DNA from: Dimorphilus gyrociliatus
Taxonomy: Eukaryota > Animalia > Annelida
Length of the DNA stretch: 64,000 nt
Assembly (NCBI GenBank): GCA_904063045.1
Contig: CAJFCJ010000031.1
Location: 283,105-347,104 of the forward strand
Direction of reading: 5' to 3'
Within the stretch, counting starts at the first letter, position 1; each line of letters starts with the position of its first letter. Made by a program: the position numbers and the translations under genes. Shown piece by piece: positions 58,873 through 64,000 of the stretch. The notes beneath the pieces are model-generated. The model saw only the letters and a program-made list of their open reading frames with translations. It had not been told where the DNA came from and made no database searches.

Positions 58873-60642
58873 ATGGAGTTAATCACCGATAAAATAAATC
58901 AAATTCAAAAATTTTACGAATGGAGTCTCTTAAGAGCAGGTATGATCATATAGTAGTCAATAATTTACAAATATTACGCTAGCGTAGGGACTCACATTCC
59001 AACACCCTTAAAAATGGGCTTGTCTCAACAGATAAAAGAGTGGAAAACTGGCTTTTTATGGAAGGTTACACACCCACGCTACTTCTTACATTATCATACT
59101 TACTGATTGTTCAAGTCGGTCCAAAGATAATGAAGAATAGAGAAGCCTTTCAATTACGTGGTATCCTGATAATCTACAATGCTTTCTTAGTCCTTGTCAA
59201 TTTGCATATTTGTACGGAATTATTTATTGCCAGCACTAAACTGGGTTATAGTTACGTTTGTCAGCCAGTAAATTATAGTTCAAACCCAGATGAGATGAGA
59301 ATTGCTAAGGCTTTATGGTGGTTCTATTTCTCAAAATGTCTTGAATTTGGTGACACTTTTTTATTCATTCTTCGAAAAAAGAACAATCAAATATCCTTTC
59401 TACATGTTTACCACCACGCCACCATGTTTCCCATCTGGTGGATTGGTGTTAAGTGGGTTGCTGGTGGTCAATGTTAGTTAATAAATAACTAATTATATTT
59501 TTATATTTGTAATTACTTGAATGTTTATTTTTTTAAAACAGCATTCTTCGGAGCAATGGTCAACTCGTTTATACATGTTATAATGTACTCCTACTATGGT
59601 TTTGCTGCTTTAGGACCTCAATATCAAAAGTACTTGTGGTGGAAGCGTTATCTGACAAGAATTCAATTGGTGAGTTCAAACTGAGATTTATCATTTTTTC
59701 ATCATTCTAGAATGATTTTGAAGAGGAAGAACAAAAACCGTTTTTTTTGCTGGTTTTGCTTATGTGCGTTGTTTTAGTTTATCAAATAGAAACAAAGGAG
59801 GGAAAATAGAAGGAGAAAATAGAGGAACGATAATAAAATGTTCATTTTCTTCCATTCTTCGCCATATATTAGTCATAATTTTTTATTCTTTTTAGAAAAA
59901 TCTATTATACTTTTTTGATAGTATGAAAGACAATAAGAATAGATATTTTTAACTATAGTAAAATAAAAAGTCTAGTAGTAAGTAGAAATAATAGATAATA
60001 TAATGTTTTTTTTTCTGCCTTTTTTTTTTTAAAAAACAAATTGTTTTGGTTTTATAGTGAAAAAAGAACTCTTTTAAAAAAGCATACACTTATTAATTAA
60101 TTAAAAAAAATTAGATGCAATTTTTTGGTGGATTGGTCTACGGTTCGCAAAGTTTATACTTTGAATGCGATTTTCCCCGTTGGATCCAATGGATTTCTGT
60201 GGCTTATGGTGTGACCATAACCATACTGTTCCTGAATTTTTATTATCACGCATATATTAAAACAAGCGATAAACGGTTAAAGGTAATTTAGATGTTTTTT
60301 TGACAAATATTTGTTATGTTTGTTTAGGTTCAATTTGTTGTTGGAATGGCGCATGCTGCGCAATCATTACTTTTCGGTTGCGATTTCCCAACCTGGATGC
60401 ATTGGGCTTTAATTTTCTACGGCCTATCAATCCTTCTTTTGTTCTTAAACTTCTATTTTCACGCATACGTGAAATCCAAAGGAAAGAAGGTATAGTGTTG
60501 TATTATTCATAGAATAAAAGTATTTTTTATCATTATTGTTAGACATTTTGAATGATGATGACTAGACAAGAATGTATTCAATTTAACTTCTTTTCAGGTT
60601 AAAAGCAACGGAGAACACAAAAAGAATGGAAAATCTGACTAA
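58873..60642 (+). CDS. ELOVL: ELOVL fatty-acid elongase (ELOVL4-like), exons 58873-58941, 59028-59470, 59541-59670, then tandem duplicated alternative exons 60111-60287 / 60326-60489, then last exon 60598-60642
   Basis: [22 protein letters not shown]|[147 protein letters not shown]|[43 protein letters not shown]|..|[14 protein letters not shown]. This is near-collinear with human ELOVL4 (..[80 protein letters not shown]). The HxxHH box (HVYHH) is present. Confidence 0.9.
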
Positions 60643-61247
60643 AGCATTGTTTTCACGTGTTAGAGTATTTTTCAAAAATAGATGTTATTTTACACTTTAA
60701 TACAGAATAAAATTGAAATAGTAAAATAAGATACTTTGTCCAATTTTTCAAAACCGGAACTTAATTAATTTAAATTTCGCGCCCCACCATTCGTAAACGG
60801 TGATTCATAAACCGGTCAGAGGGATTTCCAAGGCACTCCCGGAACCGCACATTGCATTTTCTATTATAGTTAAATTTATGATTTTAAATATATTTCTTTT
60901 ATTGATACCATGATCTTTTTTAAACGATTGATGATGGAGAGAAAAAAGTAAACAACAACATATATATAAATATAAATAGAATACGGTCAGTATCAACAGA
61001 TGTTACTAAGCTGTATGCTTTTCTTGTTTCCTTTTCGTAATTTTCTAACAATAATAATCTTAGCTGATATAAAGAAAGTTATATCTTTTTATGATTATAT
61101 TAAAAAAAGGAATTTTTATTTTATATATTATATAAGTTATTTTTAAAAGAACAGAACATTAAATAAATATGTTGCCTAAGTATCGACATTTTCAATCTCT
61201 TTTTTACCAATAGGTTCGAGCTAATATGAACAAAAGCGCTTAGAAAC

Positions 61248-62291
61248 ATGACATATTTGGCCTATATTATCCATCTTGTTAAGAGAATTTTGAAAGCTCC
61301 AAAAATCGCAGCACTTGTGACTGTTCTATTCTTTTTAGCAGAAAATGTAACTGAATTAGCTATTAGATATGTACCGGAATTCAATCGTCTAAAACAGGGA
61401 ATTCATAATTGTGACAGGCTACCAAAGATAGATACATATGGAATAATGTGCCCTTTTGATAAACCGAGCTTATATGCTACCAATGATGTTATTATTTTAA
61501 CATATGCCAATTCTGGATGGTCGTCTCAAGTAACCAACTGGATTTGTAACGCTAAAAAAGCGAAATTATCTAATTTATTAGTTGTAGCTGTTAACGAAGA
61601 CTTATGTAAAAGCTTAGGATCGATTGAAGGCGTAAAATGTTGGACACCTTCACTCTCACCAGCATTTCAGCATTTGAAAGACAAAACTATGCAACAATCA
61701 AGATTTAACGCAAGTGGGAAAGCCCAATGGGGAACTCAAAAATATGGATTACTGTTAAAATATCGGACTTTAGTCATATATTCTCTACTCAAATGTGGAC
61801 ATCCGCTTCTACTATCTGATACGGATGTTATTTTTCTAAAGTCTCCCTTAAATTATTTAAGGCAGCTTGCTTATGGGAATGGTTCAAATATAGATACTCT
61901 CAATCCTAAAAACGAAATGATCTTCCAGAAAGACGCAACCGGTTGGAGAAGATTCGACAGTTGGGGCCTAAGAGGTTGGCTTGGTAATTGGTATGCTTGT
62001 GCCGGTTTTGCATACATCATACCTACTCCTGCCATAATAAAATTTTGGGAGGGAATGCTAGCCTTCCAAGAATTTGATTGGAATGATCAAGTCGGTGTTA
62101 ATTTATGCTTGAGATATTCTAACCACAGAGTTCGTTGGACGACACTGGACTCGCAAATATTTCCAAATGGTAGAATGGTGCAGGATGGATACGAAATGAA
62201 TCAAGATCCTTTTGTTATTCATTTTAATTGGATTCACGACTTTAACGATAAAATTAAGTATATGAAATTAAGGAAACTTTGGTGTGGATAA
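61248..62291 (+). CDS. Type-II membrane glycosyltransferase, Nucleotid_trans (PF03407 / GT77-like) domain, single 347-aa exon; paralog of 32078-33523
   Basis: N-terminal anchor (..IAALVTVLFFLAENV), then ..VIILTYANSGWSSQVTNWICNAKKAKLSNLLVVAVNEDL..KYRTLVIYSLLKCGHPLLLSDTDVIFLKSPLNYL (DxD)..YACAGFAYIIPT..FWEGML..WNDQVGVNLCL..FPNGRMV..DPFVIHFNWIHDFNDKIKYMKL. The 'dQ..fN', 'FpnG' and 'vvHaNw..g..K...mk' blocks are spaced as in PF03407. No introns. Confidence 0.75.
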   Translation: MTYLAYIIHLVKRILKAPKIAALVTVLFFLAENVTELAIRYVPEFNRLKQGIHNCDRLPKIDTYGIMCPFDKPSLYATNDVIILTYANSGWSSQVTNWICNAKKAKLSNLLVVAVNEDLCKSLGSIEGVKCWTPSLSPAFQHLKDKTMQQSRFNASGKAQWGTQKYGLLLKYRTLVIYSLLKCGHPLLLSDTDVIFLKSPLNYLRQLAYGNGSNIDTLNPKNEMIFQKDATGWRRFDSWGLRGWLGNWYACAGFAYIIPTPAIIKFWEGMLAFQEFDWNDQVGVNLCLRYSNHRVRWTTLDSQIFPNGRMVQDGYEMNQDPFVIHFNWIHDFNDKIKYMKLRKLWCG

Positions 62292-64000
62292 TCGTATCAG
62301 CTCGGAATTAATAATTATGCAATACTCATTTTTAAGGGAAACGTAAAATGAGTTTACTAGCAATTAGTATTTTTAGTATTGCAATTACAGCAGTTCTTAT
62401 AATAATCTGCTTTAAATCAGTATTACTACTATTTTATACAATTAAGTAGACTTATTTTATGGTCCCGTTTTCTCGACAGTTCTGTTCCTTTTAAACAGTA
62501 ATTTAAGTTTTTTTCTGTGCCTTTAAATTGCAAGTTTATTACATTGTCATTCATTATCTCTTAAGAAAAAAAAAGCCCCTCCTGTAAAAGAAAAATTATC
62601 TTAAATTTCTTTATTTAATTACCTATTTAGCAATACTATACTTTGTTGTAAAAAGTTTCGATTTTTTGTTCACTTTTTTATTTGGTTTTGTTGGTTCTCC
62701 ACGGCTTTTTATGATAATAAAGAAGAAAAAAAAAACAAAAACGGAATCGTTCATAGCTATAATCTTGTGGAAAGGCAATACTTTAAAACTATTATTCATT
62801 TCAAAATTGTTACTTTGTGGGCGTTTCACTACGATTACTAAGAAGTATTTTCCACGTTTTGGTTGATAAAATACACATATTTATAAAAAGTTATTAAAGG
62901 ATCATCTATTTTTTCTTTTAACTTTCCATTCTGTTTCGATCTAAGTAAATTATTATTTGAAACAGATGATAAGAATACGTTTATATTCTTTAAAAGATAT
63001 TTAAATTTTATATGGCTTTAGAGAGATGGCGCTGTTAAAAAAATAAGGCTGTTACGTTTAGAGTTATTTACTCTTTATAAAAAATCATTTTTAAAGATAC
63101 TAAAAGTATAAACAAAATTATAATTAAGCTATTTTAATTTAATACTGATAATAAATGGGAAATTTTAATGAATTAAGCTATATATGGGATAAAAAACACT
63201 TGGTCGGGGGGTGAGGTAGCTATTTGGAATAGCCTTTAAGAGAAGGCCGTGGACGGTCGAAAAGGAGCTGCCTCGCCCAGAAAAAGAATTTTAGACACGT
63301 GTTTCATACAGGAAACTTGTTTACAGCTCATTCCGAAAACAATTTTAAACTTCTTATAACGTTACGTAGACGTTGGCGAGAAGATTCTAAAGAGTATGTT
63401 ATCTACGTATTGAAATTTCTACCTTTACTTTCAACGATGTTAAATCCTGTTCTGACCGCGCCCTTTTTTAAATTTCTGTGATCAAGTTAAAGGTCGTTAG
63501 AAATTGATTTCCTTATCATAACATTTTCTAAATAAAACTATATGATAAGGAACGTAGTAGGCTGAGATAATGTTAAGACGAGAAATAGCAGTAGCAATAA
63601 ATGAACTTGTTTAACCAGTTGCTAACTATTTCAGATTAGGCTGTTCGAATGATATGCCAGGAGTCATGAATAATCCAGACTATCCACAGTAAGTACAATT
63701 TGTTTACGCCCATCTATGAGCAAAAAGACGTTTTTTAGTTTGTTTGTTGTTGAAACCTTTGATGGTTCTCAACATTGAATGAAACCGCTTGTAAAAGCTG
63801 TTGTTCATGATAACGAGAGAAATTTTAGTTCCTGGTAAGATAAGAGAAAAAACCTTTTTTATCATAAAATCTGTAAATGATACAACTCCTTCTCTCCAAA
63901 AATCTAACACTGTTAGTTAGATATTAGAGTCAGTCTGTATAGTAAAATTAAATTCCTTATCAATGTCTTTTGACTAGATTTGATAATAAAATATTCACGG

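Noticed and set aside
1-64000. Search for tRNA, rRNA, CRISPR arrays, transposase / reverse-transcriptase ORFs
   Set aside because: No GTTCGA-type T-arm/cloverleaf candidates, no rDNA-like conserved blocks, no repeat-spacer arrays (only simple microsatellites) and no ORF with RT, integrase or transposase motifs were found by eye. Absence is not proven without tRNAscan-SE or RepeatMasker.

Overview
This window is not prokaryotic. It is a compact, AT-rich (roughly 65-70% A+T) nuclear genome segment from an invertebrate metazoan (phylum not determined). Introns are short (mostly 45-140 bp; the largest seen is about 570 bp), splice sites are canonical GT..AG, and TA, CT and GAA microsatellites are frequent. 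Reading both strands and splicing by hand, I recover 23 protein-coding genes, about one per 2.8 kb, and most are recognisable conserved eukaryotic proteins. In coordinate order they are: a CUE-domain protein, DDB1 (16 exons), an armadillo-like helical protein, an STPG/ODF3-like sperm-tail PG-repeat protein, UNC119, phosphorylase kinase gamma, PPTC7 phosphatase, a candidate insulin-like peptide, an ARM-TIR-SAM protein, two tandem intronless innexins, KSR, an SGSM-type RUN/TBC RabGAP, a TBC1D10-like RabGAP, mitochondrial malate dehydrogenase, NAP1, DEPDC5, phosphoserine phosphatase, ataxin-2, an ELOVL fatty-acid elongase, two paralogous single-exon GT77/Nucleotid_trans-like glycosyltransferases, and two unassigned genes. 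I found no rRNA, tRNA, CRISPR array or recognisable transposon ORF. The observations most worth follow-up are listed here. (1) The ARM-TIR-SAM gene, which has a SARM1-like TIR domain in a non-canonical domain order. (2) The two GT77-like type-II glycosyltransferases, a family rare in animals, so a possible horizontal-transfer or lineage-specific origin. (3) The two-exon secreted peptide gene whose second exon matches the insulin A-chain cysteine signature exactly. (4) The tandemly duplicated, probably mutually exclusive exons in the ELOVL gene. (5) The recurring head-to-head gene pairs with paired CCAAT boxes. (6) The 4.5 kb gene-free interval with CpG-rich islands. Coordinates of hand-spliced exon boundaries are approximate (+/-2 nt). 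Near 44.2-44.8 kb my line-based indexing disagrees with the supplied ORF track by 1 nt. All homology statements come from my memory of the families, not from database searches.
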